Source: a virus
Virus record (IMG/VR): IMGVR_UViG_3300009701_000004
Span: 27,376 to 91,375 of that record
Direction: 5' to 3' (one strand)
DNA length: 64,000 bases
Below, one piece after another: positions 56,258 to 64,000 of this stretch; position 1 is the first letter of the stretch, and every line of letters starts with the position of its first letter. Under the pieces are notes generated by a model. That model worked only from the letters and a program-made list of their open reading frames with translations, had not been told where the DNA came from and ran no database searches. A program made the translations under genes and the position numbers.

Positions 56258-56824
56258 ATGACGAAAGAAATTCCTCAAGTAGAGGCGACCAATACAGTAG
56301 AGGCTATTGAGCCTACCAGTGTTGAACAATTACCGTCTTTTTTAGTGCAATGTTTGCAACTAACAAATTCATCTCTTAATATCATCGATCCTGAGGCGTT
56401 GAATATACGATGCGTTCATTTTTTAGACGGGCGAGTATTCTTTGGGGTCATGTTGATGGAGACTTTAGATTCTTTTGTATTCACTTGCTGTGTAAGATTT
56501 GAATGGGGTGAAGATGGTATCAATGATATTAGATTGCGGCCATTCTTGGGCAGACCTATCTGTAGGGTTTTTAAATCCAGCATTGGGTCTATGAGTTTCG
56601 AATTACAGAAATATGTGGTATTCTATTACAAGTACTTACGTAAATTTGGAGTAAGAGACAACCCCTCATATTTTACAAGTACTATACTAGATAAACTGGA
56701 TGTGTTGATAGCCGAAGACGAGAATCAAAACGGGGGTTCTGTCAGTAGTGCCCAGTTAGAAGAAGTAGGTAAGCGTGGCAAAGATTCATTCACGCCATAC
56801 CAAATAAGCGAAAGAATTCATTAA
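56258..56824 (+). CDS. Hypothetical protein
   Basis: 188-aa ORF. Confidence 0.55.
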   Translation: MTKEIPQVEATNTVEAIEPTSVEQLPSFLVQCLQLTNSSLNIIDPEALNIRCVHFLDGRVFFGVMLMETLDSFVFTCCVRFEWGEDGINDIRLRPFLGRPICRVFKSSIGSMSFELQKYVVFYYKYLRKFGVRDNPSYFTSTILDKLDVLIAEDENQNGGSVSSAQLEEVGKRGKDSFTPYQISERIH

Positions 56825-57780
56825 TGGAAAATCCTGCCATACTAAAAAGAATAGCGGCAGCTGAAGATCAGTTAGAAAAATCGGGAGGCCTCAAATGGGA
56901 TAAATATTCCCAAGCGGCATGGAGTCCTTCCAAATTGAAATTGCTAAGCCAATGCCCGTACCAGTATTACCTTAAATACGTTCTCAAGGTAAAAAACGAA
57001 GAAGAAATACCTGATACCGCGGCGGCAGATGTAGGCACTATAGCCCACCATATACTGGAGTATGCTATCGAGGGCAAAGATGTAGGCGATGCATATCGAG
57101 ATGCAAAGATGGAGCATTGTGGGGAATATGTAGGACCGAGGATTGCTCGTATAAGCGAAGAAGGTTGGCAAGAGAAAATAGTTCCTTTGGAATATAACAT
57201 TACAAACTTTGTTGAGAAAATAGAAGAATTTAAGAAAGCTAACGGAGTTAGTAATGTATACACGGAACTTAAACTTGGCGTGACCAAAGATTGGAAGAAA
57301 ACCACGTTCTTTGCCAACGATGTTTACTTTCGAGGAATTGTCGACTTTACTATGGAAATTCCTCAAAGTGGATACGCTCCAGATTTTATAGTATGGGATC
57401 ACAAACACGGGCCAGCTGAAATCTTTGGAGGTATTCGAAATTATGAAGATCAGCTTAATGCGTATAAACCGTTGATCAATGGCGGATTTAAACCAGCCAG
57501 CGGCATTCAGGCAGGTATTAACTTTATCAAAGCTGGTAAGTGGGTATTGGGGGAATATTCTCCTGCAGAAGAAATTACAGGTAGAGTTACCAAACAAATC
57601 GAATGGAACATCGATTGCGCCATCGATAACGTAAAAGAACAGGGATTTTTCAAACACGTGGCTGGAGGATATTGCAACTATTGTGAATTCAAAACCATGT
57701 GCAAAGAGAAAGTACTTAAACCGAATGAACTGGGGACTAAGAAATGGTTCCCTATAAAGGAAGAAAAATGCATAAATTAG
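56824..57780 (+). CDS. Cas4/RecB-like PD-(D/E)XK exonuclease with four-Cys cluster
   Basis: SPSKL...CPYQYY, GTIAHHILE, TELKL, FRGIVD, WDHK, QLNAY, CNYCEFKTMC. Confidence 0.85.
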   Translation: MENPAILKRIAAAEDQLEKSGGLKWDKYSQAAWSPSKLKLLSQCPYQYYLKYVLKVKNEEEIPDTAAADVGTIAHHILEYAIEGKDVGDAYRDAKMEHCGEYVGPRIARISEEGWQEKIVPLEYNITNFVEKIEEFKKANGVSNVYTELKLGVTKDWKKTTFFANDVYFRGIVDFTMEIPQSGYAPDFIVWDHKHGPAEIFGGIRNYEDQLNAYKPLINGGFKPASGIQAGINFIKAGKWVLGEYSPAEEITGRVTKQIEWNIDCAIDNVKEQGFFKHVAGGYCNYCEFKTMCKEKVLKPNELGTKKWFPIKEEKCIN

Positions 57781-58103
57781 TATCTACTAAAGAGTTGGAA
57801 GAAATGGTTGAAGAAGCTCAGAAGCTATACGAAGGGGTGAATGAATTAGATCCTAGTGCGGCGGATATCATATCGAAGTTTTCTCAGGAAGGAATTTTTG
57901 ATGAGGATTTCATAGATGGAGGCTCTGGGAACGGAAAAACATGTGTAGAAACAAATTCCGGTAATAATAAAGTGGATGAGGCCATAGAAACCGTATTAAA
58001 GTTCTACAAAAGCGCAAACGATGCAGTGGCAATGGGTCAGGTTGAGAATTGTGTTAATAACATGATGACTGTTTACTATAATTTATCTTTGAGAAACCTA
58101 TGA
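57768..58103 (+). CDS. Hypothetical acidic protein
   Basis: Likely start ATG 57768 after AAAGGA. Confidence 0.5.
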   Translation: MHKLVSTKELEEMVEEAQKLYEGVNELDPSAADIISKFSQEGIFDEDFIDGGSGNGKTCVETNSGNNKVDEAIETVLKFYKSANDAVAMGQVENCVNNMMTVYYNLSLRNL

Positions 58104-58378
58104 ATCTCACCCCAAGCGACTTGGAGGAATTGCATTTCAGTGAAATATCAGATAGAAGCTTAGAGGTATACACAAAATTAGTTAAAGAAGTTAACGATTT
58201 TGAGACTAAGTTACTCTGGAAACTTAATGCGTTACATTTAACTAAATGTATAAGTTATCATGAGGCGGGTTTGGAGATACCCCTACAGTGGGGATTCTTT
58301 AAACATAAATTTTTCCCTATCTTACTGTTTCCGTTAGATATAGGTCTCCAGTATATCCTGGGGATGGTAAAAATTTAG
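58100..58378 (+). CDS. Hypothetical protein
   Basis: ATGA-coupled. Confidence 0.5.
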   Translation: MNLTPSDLEELHFSEISDRSLEVYTKLVKEVNDFETKLLWKLNALHLTKCISYHEAGLEIPLQWGFFKHKFFPILLFPLDIGLQYILGMVKI

Positions 58379-58396
58379 ATTTAATCCTAGAAGAGG

Positions 58397-58606
58397 ATGA
58401 CGATAATATGGAACGTTTTTTTATATACGATCCCTATTAGTTATCTACAATTAAGCGCTACTCAACTGGAAAAACTGTTTGACTCAGAAGCTAAAAAATT
58501 GAAACCTGCATTAACTGAAAAACAACGTGCGGCTAAACGAGAACAGATAAAGACCCATCAAGCTATCCTGGATAGACTAAAAGCGGAGTTGGAAATTGAT
58601 CCTTGA
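58397..58606 (+). CDS. Hypothetical protein
   Basis: Packed ORF. Confidence 0.45.
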   Translation: MTIIWNVFLYTIPISYLQLSATQLEKLFDSEAKKLKPALTEKQRAAKREQIKTHQAILDRLKAELEIDP

Positions 58607-58678
58607 TTAACCCTACACTTTCCTGTAGACTTAATCCCTCGTAATTTTACAAACAACAAGAAAACAGAAAACAGGAAT

Positions 58679-61561
58679 ATGTTCGATAACGTGAAAAAGG
58701 TTGTTAACCTGATGGATTTCCTTGTAAGAGAATTGGGAGTTTTTTTCAAGGAGTGCGGGGATAACATCTATCAGATAGAAGATGAAAGAGATCATGGGGG
58801 ATGCCCGCTCTGTCATCATAATGATTGCTTCAAACTTATGCACGACGAAGACAATCTGGTAGAGTCCCACTATCATTGTTTCTCTTGCAACAGTCATGGT
58901 TCAGTACTGGATATTGCTGCCTTTTTATGGAAAATGCCGGTACTGGATGCAACTCGTAAATTGGCAGCAGACTATGGAATACCTCTGCCTAATGGATATT
59001 CCCCTCTCCAGGAAATATTCGATATTGCAGCGGGGTATTATCACAACGGATTCAAAGATGTGTGCAATAAGCCACAAATCAAATTATCCAAGATGACTCC
59101 CCTGGAATACCAGACTCAGGTACGTAAACATAAGCCTGAAACTCTGGAACATTTCAAAGTAGGATATAGCGATGGGGGCTTGGTAGAGTTTTTGGCAAGC
59201 TTCGGATATTCAGATGAATTACTGCTGGAATCTGGATTAAAGAATAAAAAGAATGGTAAAGATTTCTTACCTGCGGATTGTTTTATATATCCTCATTATG
59301 TGAATGGCAAAGTTAGCCATTTTACTTTCAAAGATAGTTTGAAGCGCCTAGCGTACCAATTACCTAACAAACACGTATTGAATGGTGCAGAATTCTATAA
59401 TCAGGATTCAACGAAAACTTTCGAAACTATAATCGTTGTTGAAGGGGAAAATGATCTATTAAGCGTATTTGAAAATAATGCCAAGTACGGAGTTATTGGA
59501 ACTATTGGTCAAATAGGGGCCTCCCAACTTGATTGGATGAGAGAAAATCTTACTTTCAAGAATGTTATTACTATCTTTGATGCGGATGAAGCAGGGGATA
59601 AGTACCGCACTAAAGTTGAGAAAATCCGGGGATTCTTTAAAAGTCTAATCCATGTTAAACCTGAGGGCACAAAAGATATTGATGATCTTTTGACCGGCGG
59701 AGCTGATCTGGATGAGATCATAGAATCCTGCAAAGTATCCGTAGAAGTAAAAGATGGGCCTAAACCTTATCAACCCCCCAAAGCGTTAAAAACTGAAAAT
59801 GTAGGGAATAGCGGAGCGGAAAGTAATGAGGCAGGAGCCGAACCTGAATTAGAAGCTGAAGTTGAGGATAAATACTTCGTTCAACGACATGGTGCGTATT
59901 ATTCTGTAAAGTATAAAGACGGTACCCCTAATTACGTCAAGATCAGTGATTTCACTTTGGAGTTAAATAACGTATACGTCAGTGAGATGGGGGACCGTAT
60001 TCGTGAATTAGTTGTAGTAAGAGAAGATGGGTTTAGATCCAGTCCAGTAGAAATCAACTCCGAAGCCAAGACTTCCTTAAGGCTATTTAGGGTATTCTTG
60101 GCTAATGCTGCAGATGCAGATTTTACTGGTACCGAACAGAATCTAGCTTCTATGTGGAATCATGTGTACTCTAAGTTCCAAGGTATACCTGTAAAAATTA
60201 CCAAAGTTGTAGGTAGACATGAGCGCTTCCGTTCATGGTTTCTGGCTAACAAGTTAATCCCTGATGTTGGTGAACCTATTTCCCCGGATGCTAACGGGGT
60301 GTTTTGGGGCAAAACCGAAAACGGTCCTTTTGGCATCAAAGCTGATAGGCTGGATAAATCGGCAGAAGCTGAACTAGATTCAGGTATCCCTAAGCTAGTT
60401 GATACTTTAACCGAAGAAGAGTCTGATGATTTATTAAGATTCTTCATTGATAACTTGGCAAAAAACCTCGGGGACATGGGTGCAGCTTTGTTGTTAGTGG
60501 GTTGGATGAATGCCTGTGCATACTCTAATTCCCTGTACTGGATTAACCGGGGTTTTCCTTTGTTGTTTATTTGGTCTACTCACGGCCAGGGCAAAGGCAC
60601 TATTGGTTCATGGCTAATGTCAATCTACAACATGTTGCCGCAGGGTAAAACTACAATTGCTCAATTAAAGAGCGGAGTAGGCTTTGGCCGTAAGGCAGAA
60701 TACTATGGATCATTACCTTTATGGATCGATGAAATTCGCGCAGATAAAAAAACTGCTGAATATGAGGATATGATTCGGAGTTACTTCGATAGGGATGGTA
60801 GAACTATCGGGGCTAAGGATGGGGGTACAATTAGTATACCTATTCGTTCTTGTGTGATGCTTAGTGGAGAAGATCATTTCCAGGATCCTGCTACAAAAGA
60901 GCGTTGCGTAACTGTACGTTTAGCTAGTACCGGCAGAGAGACGGTAGAGTCTTATAAGGAAATGCGGGAACGTTCAGCAGAGTTTTCGGCAATAGGATAT
61001 AAATGGATTAACGAATCAGTAAAAGCTAATAAAAAAGAGTTAATTGATAACATCAATGACCTGGATATGAAGTTGGTAGTTAAGGCTAAAGCCTCTTCTC
61101 GTAAGAGTAAGTTGTGGTCTATAGTAGGGCATTTTGCTTTGGAGTTAGGGGCTAAATATGCTCCCGATTTCAAGATGGAACAGTATCTGTATAGTGCAGT
61201 TGCTGGGGATTCCACTGATCAAAAAGAGGAGTCCACCCTAACACAATTCTTTGAACATGTGGAATCGATCATGTCTCAAGAAGGGGTTAAGCAAATTGAT
61301 ATGAATCATATTCAGAAGGAAGGTAGATACCTTCATATTTGGTTACCTCACGTTTATAAAGTTGTTAATAAATCGTGTAATGGTAGATTTCCTTTTAGTA
61401 AACGAGCAGTAAAATCTGCCTTGATGGAGGAATCCTATTACGTCTGTGATGATAGAAAAGTTACTATGGGTAGTAGTGGAGCCCGGCATCTTTGTGTAAC
61501 CCTAGATTTAGAAAAAGCCCCTGATATGATTAACAATATTTCTTCGATGTACTTGTCGTAA
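58679..61561 (+). CDS. DNA primase-helicase (CHC2-like Zn finger + DnaG TOPRIM + C-terminal P-loop helicase)
   Basis: CPLCHH...YHCFSC, VVEGENDLLS, FDADEAG, KDIDD; Walker A HGQGKGT; Walker B LWIDE. Confidence 0.9.
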   Translation: MFDNVKKVVNLMDFLVRELGVFFKECGDNIYQIEDERDHGGCPLCHHNDCFKLMHDEDNLVESHYHCFSCNSHGSVLDIAAFLWKMPVLDATRKLAADYGIPLPNGYSPLQEIFDIAAGYYHNGFKDVCNKPQIKLSKMTPLEYQTQVRKHKPETLEHFKVGYSDGGLVEFLASFGYSDELLLESGLKNKKNGKDFLPADCFIYPHYVNGKVSHFTFKDSLKRLAYQLPNKHVLNGAEFYNQDSTKTFETIIVVEGENDLLSVFENNAKYGVIGTIGQIGASQLDWMRENLTFKNVITIFDADEAGDKYRTKVEKIRGFFKSLIHVKPEGTKDIDDLLTGGADLDEIIESCKVSVEVKDGPKPYQPPKALKTENVGNSGAESNEAGAEPELEAEVEDKYFVQRHGAYYSVKYKDGTPNYVKISDFTLELNNVYVSEMGDRIRELVVVREDGFRSSPVEINSEAKTSLRLFRVFLANAADADFTGTEQNLASMWNHVYSKFQGIPVKITKVVGRHERFRSWFLANKLIPDVGEPISPDANGVFWGKTENGPFGIKADRLDKSAEAELDSGIPKLVDTLTEEESDDLLRFFIDNLAKNLGDMGAALLLVGWMNACAYSNSLYWINRGFPLLFIWSTHGQGKGTIGSWLMSIYNMLPQGKTTIAQLKSGVGFGRKAEYYGSLPLWIDEIRADKKTAEYEDMIRSYFDRDGRTIGAKDGGTISIPIRSCVMLSGEDHFQDPATKERCVTVRLASTGRETVESYKEMRERSAEFSAIGYKWINESVKANKKELIDNINDLDMKLVVKAKASSRKSKLWSIVGHFALELGAKYAPDFKMEQYLYSAVAGDSTDQKEESTLTQFFEHVESIMSQEGVKQIDMNHIQKEGRYLHIWLPHVYKVVNKSCNGRFPFSKRAVKSALMEESYYVCDDRKVTMGSSGARHLCVTLDLEKAPDMINNISSMYLS

Positions 61562-61562
61562 T

Positions 61563-61593
61563 TTGTAATTATTTGAGGAAAATATGGTATAAG
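61563..61593 (+). promoter_or_regulatory. Phage-type promoter TTGTAA-N16-TGGTATAAG
   Basis: Exact -10 motif. Confidence 0.7.
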
Positions 61594-61659
61594 CTATTGA
61601 CGTACCCCGTTTCCTCTTGTAAAATAAAAGCTCATAAACAAAATTTAGTATCAAGCAAA

Positions 61660-61983
61660 ATGACAACAATAACAAAAGCTGCAGTAAATACAAACGGTAC
61701 AAACAGTTACGTTGGATACAGAAATTTCTACGGTATCGGCAAATTCACATATTTCATTTACCCCGATGATGGTTGGGATGTTAAGAAATGGGGCCCTAAA
61801 CCCTTCTTAGGTACGGTATATGCTGATGAACCCTTCTATGCCGTTAGAGAAGCTTATACAAAAGGATTGACTTCTCCTAATTCAACTTTTGGGCTCATTG
61901 CCTTGAAGACTAGGCTGGGGGAAGGATTAGAAGCGCCGCCAATTCGTAAGTTTAAAGGGATTAACGGCAAGACAAACAAGTAG
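61660..61983 (+). CDS. Hypothetical protein
   Basis: Likely start ATG 61660, downstream of the promoter. Confidence 0.6.
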   Translation: MTTITKAAVNTNGTNSYVGYRNFYGIGKFTYFIYPDDGWDVKKWGPKPFLGTVYADEPFYAVREAYTKGLTSPNSTFGLIALKTRLGEGLEAPPIRKFKGINGKTNK

Positions 61984-62025
61984 TAAAAAGAAGTAAAATA
62001 TAATAATTACAAAGGAAGAGACAAA

Positions 62026-62349
62026 ATGAACAAGAGTGAAGTTGTATACGAGTTGGCACAAATTACTGGCGGTACACAAGTTAATGCTAAGTATGCCGTT
62101 GAAAGTTTGATGAGTGTGGTTGCTTCGGCATTGGTTGAAGGTCTTGATGTATCTTTGCCAGGCATCGGTAAGTTGAAGGTTTCCACACGCCCTGCACGCA
62201 ATGGGCGTAACCCTAGGACTGGTGCTGCTATTTCGATCCCAGCAAAGACTGTGGTTAAGTTTAAACCGAGTTCTAATTTTGCAGCTGAGCTTGCGGCAGA
62301 ACGTGCTGCTACAGAAGCAGTTCAAGTTGAAATTCAAGCAACCGCCTAA
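62026..62349 (+). CDS. hup: HU/IHF-family histone-like DNA-binding protein
   Basis: MNKSEVV...VSLPGIGKLKVSTRPARNGRNPRTGAAISIPAKTVVKFKPS. Confidence 0.92.
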   Translation: MNKSEVVYELAQITGGTQVNAKYAVESLMSVVASALVEGLDVSLPGIGKLKVSTRPARNGRNPRTGAAISIPAKTVVKFKPSSNFAAELAAERAATEAVQVEIQATA

Positions 62350-62377
62350 ACACTGAAGTACAATTTAAGTAAGTATA

Positions 62378-62405
62378 CGCCCGGCTAGACCGGGCTTTTT
62401 CTTTT
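62378..62405 (+). terminator. Intrinsic terminator
   Basis: GCCCGG-CTAGA-CCGGGC-TTTTCTTTT. Confidence 0.75.
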
Positions 62406-62730
62406 GGAGAAAACATTAATGTATCTAGTTAAATCTATTTCTGGGGGCACCGATGTGCTAGGGACTTCTTTGCAAGCTCCCGCAGAATTAAGGGGTCAAG
62501 GTTCTATTGTAGGTATTGCTACAAGTATGGAAGAGGCTCTTAGCCTGATGGGGAAAGATATTTTGGATTTAAAGCGGCTTGGGCAAATATCCCCTATGTT
62601 CCCCCCTAAATTCATTGTGGATTCAGAAAATCTTTCTATATCTACTAAGCCTGACGAATCAGTAAATTTGAAATGGTCAGCTGTAAAAATTGAACCAAAC
62701 ACTCTGTTGAACTTTACATTCAACCTTTAA
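62404..62730 (+). CDS. Hypothetical protein
   Basis: ORF; real start possibly the ATG after GGAG at about 62419. Confidence 0.55.
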   Translation: MEKTLMYLVKSISGGTDVLGTSLQAPAELRGQGSIVGIATSMEEALSLMGKDILDLKRLGQISPMFPPKFIVDSENLSISTKPDESVNLKWSAVKIEPNTLLNFTFNL

Positions 62731-62760
62731 CACCTAACCTTTAAACTAAAGGAAAAAATC

Positions 62761-63807
62761 GTGATTACAAAGCCTCATAATCCTCTATTCGAGGGAGCTG
62801 CAATTTCTGCTACTCCTACCGTCCAAACTCGCAGAGTCATTGACCTTGAGCCTGTAAAAACCTCTTTGGATCCACTGACGGATTTCTTAGTTGATGGCAT
62901 AGAATCCGCACGAGATCGTGCTTTAGAAGCTGCTAAAGCTCGGGTGGTTGAGCTAGAAAATGCTCGCCAAACCAGAAACCAATTGCTGGAACAACTGGTT
63001 ACACGTACAGAGATTCGCGTTTCTGATACTCCCGCACAAACGTTGCCACCATTGGAAGAAGTTCCTCGGGTTAGACCAGTTATTGACCTTGCTCCAATTT
63101 TGGAAGAAGAGGGTGAGATTGGGGAGGACGAGGGCAAAGATGTTATGTATAAAAGAGAAGCGGAAGTCGGGGATCCTTGGCCTTTTGCAGCTCAAAGAAG
63201 GGTACTGCCCGCCTTGGAAGTTGTGCCCCGGGTTCGTGAGGTTGTCGATTTGGAGCCAAATTGGAATAGCGGGCCTACAATCGATTTTTCTGAGCAGGTT
63301 GATACCGATGTAGCCAACTCTTTAGAAAACGTCTCTGAGACCCCATTAGAGGCCTTGGTGACCCCTTCGGCGGGTCAAGGGTTGCCCCCTTTGGAGATTG
63401 TTCCTCGCAATGCGTTCCAAGCCTCAACTAACTCAAATCTTGCACCTAAGAGTTTGTTTTTCACAATAACACTTACAGATCTGACACAAACTGATACGCA
63501 TTACGTGGGGACCTATACATCTCAAGTAGATTTTAGAGAAGCTATAACTGCTATCAAATCCCGTATTGAGGTTCACTTTAACGACAAGAAATACTACAAT
63601 TCAAGCTGGCATTCTGACTTTGATTGCTTCGAACTTCAATTTGAAGAATTTAATACTCGTGTTGCGGGAAAAGAAGAGTGGAATTTGGTCGGGGAAGTAT
63701 ATCTGTGCCTTGATGGGGATAACGGGGAGAGTAGAGAATTGGTATATCAATACATTGTGGCCTTTGCAGATCCTGATAAATGGGATCATCCAGATGTAGA
63801 GTTCTAA
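62761..63807 (+). CDS. Acidic protein with internal LPxLExVPR / R(V/E)(V/I)DLxP repeats
   Basis: AAGGA RBS; three to four copies of the peptide repeat. Confidence 0.6.
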   Translation: MITKPHNPLFEGAAISATPTVQTRRVIDLEPVKTSLDPLTDFLVDGIESARDRALEAAKARVVELENARQTRNQLLEQLVTRTEIRVSDTPAQTLPPLEEVPRVRPVIDLAPILEEEGEIGEDEGKDVMYKREAEVGDPWPFAAQRRVLPALEVVPRVREVVDLEPNWNSGPTIDFSEQVDTDVANSLENVSETPLEALVTPSAGQGLPPLEIVPRNAFQASTNSNLAPKSLFFTITLTDLTQTDTHYVGTYTSQVDFREAITAIKSRIEVHFNDKKYYNSSWHSDFDCFELQFEEFNTRVAGKEEWNLVGEVYLCLDGDNGESRELVYQYIVAFADPDKWDHPDVEF

Positions 63808-63820
63808 TAGGTATTAATGA

Positions 63821-63846
63821 AAGGCCGGCTTACAACCGGTTTTTTT
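63821..63846 (+). terminator. Intrinsic terminator
   Basis: GGCCGG-CTTACAA-CCGGTT plus T run. Confidence 0.75.
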
Positions 63847-63919
63847 AGTTTCCTGTGTCTAGATTTTTGACCACCTCGGCATTTCCCTGTCCAATCTCCA
63901 AAATCAAAATATCCTTATA

Positions 63920-63984
63920 AATCAAAGACTTAGCTCATTTGTCCTGTTTTGTCCAAAAACGAAAACTGGCTTAAGTGCTTGATT
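63920..63984. promoter_or_regulatory. Pair of inverted IHF-consensus sites flanking TGTCC repeats
   Basis: AATCAAAGACTTA (63920-63932, plus) and AATCAAGCACTTA (63972-63984, minus) both fit WATCAANNNNTTR. Confidence 0.6.
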
Positions 63985-64000
63985 ATATTAAGGAAAGAGG

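Noticed and set aside
56944-57657. 237-aa antisense ORF and the many other short overlapping ORFs in the track
   Set aside because: They lie opposite or inside well-supported genes, lack RBS or motifs, and look like shadow frames.
56824-57780. Cas4-like nuclease as evidence of a CRISPR-Cas system
   Set aside because: No repeat-spacer array or other cas genes seen; solo Cas4/RecB-like nucleases are common in phage replication modules.
1-64000. tRNA/rRNA genes and stop-codon reassignment
   Set aside because: No cloverleaf or T-loop signature found in intergenic DNA by eye; long conserved genes are intact in the standard code, and TAA, TAG and TGA all serve as stops.

Overview
A 64-kb segment of a large, AT-rich tailed-phage genome read in the standard genetic code. 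The host is probably a proteobacterium, judging from IHF-consensus sites and sigma70-type promoters. The minus strand carries virion and late genes: a prohead protease running off the left edge, K-x-A-rich head proteins, a lysozyme-like protein, tail and fibre proteins, a clan GH-A glycoside hydrolase, a sulfotransferase and the portal. It also carries a cellular-type multisubunit RNA polymerase in three dispersed but collinear pieces: beta fused to the beta' N-terminus (31800-35216), the catalytic beta' middle (19055-20233) and the beta' C-terminus (7184-9019). A sigma70-family factor lies at 53266-54084. The plus strand carries early and replication genes: SNF2 and DinG-like helicases, a primase-helicase, a Cas4-like nuclease, a putative SSB, dCMP deaminase, guanylate kinase, HU, an SLT lipoprotein, many small membrane proteins, a LigD-type phosphoesterase plus ATP-dependent ligase pair, and a Hef-like homing endonuclease. 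Three promoter classes can be read from the intergenic DNA: a phage-specific TTYAA-N15/16-TGGTATAAG, canonical sigma70 promoters, and a TAAAAT -10 class that gives leaderless starts for both downstream beta' pieces. All protein calls come from motifs recognised by eye; no database searches were run.
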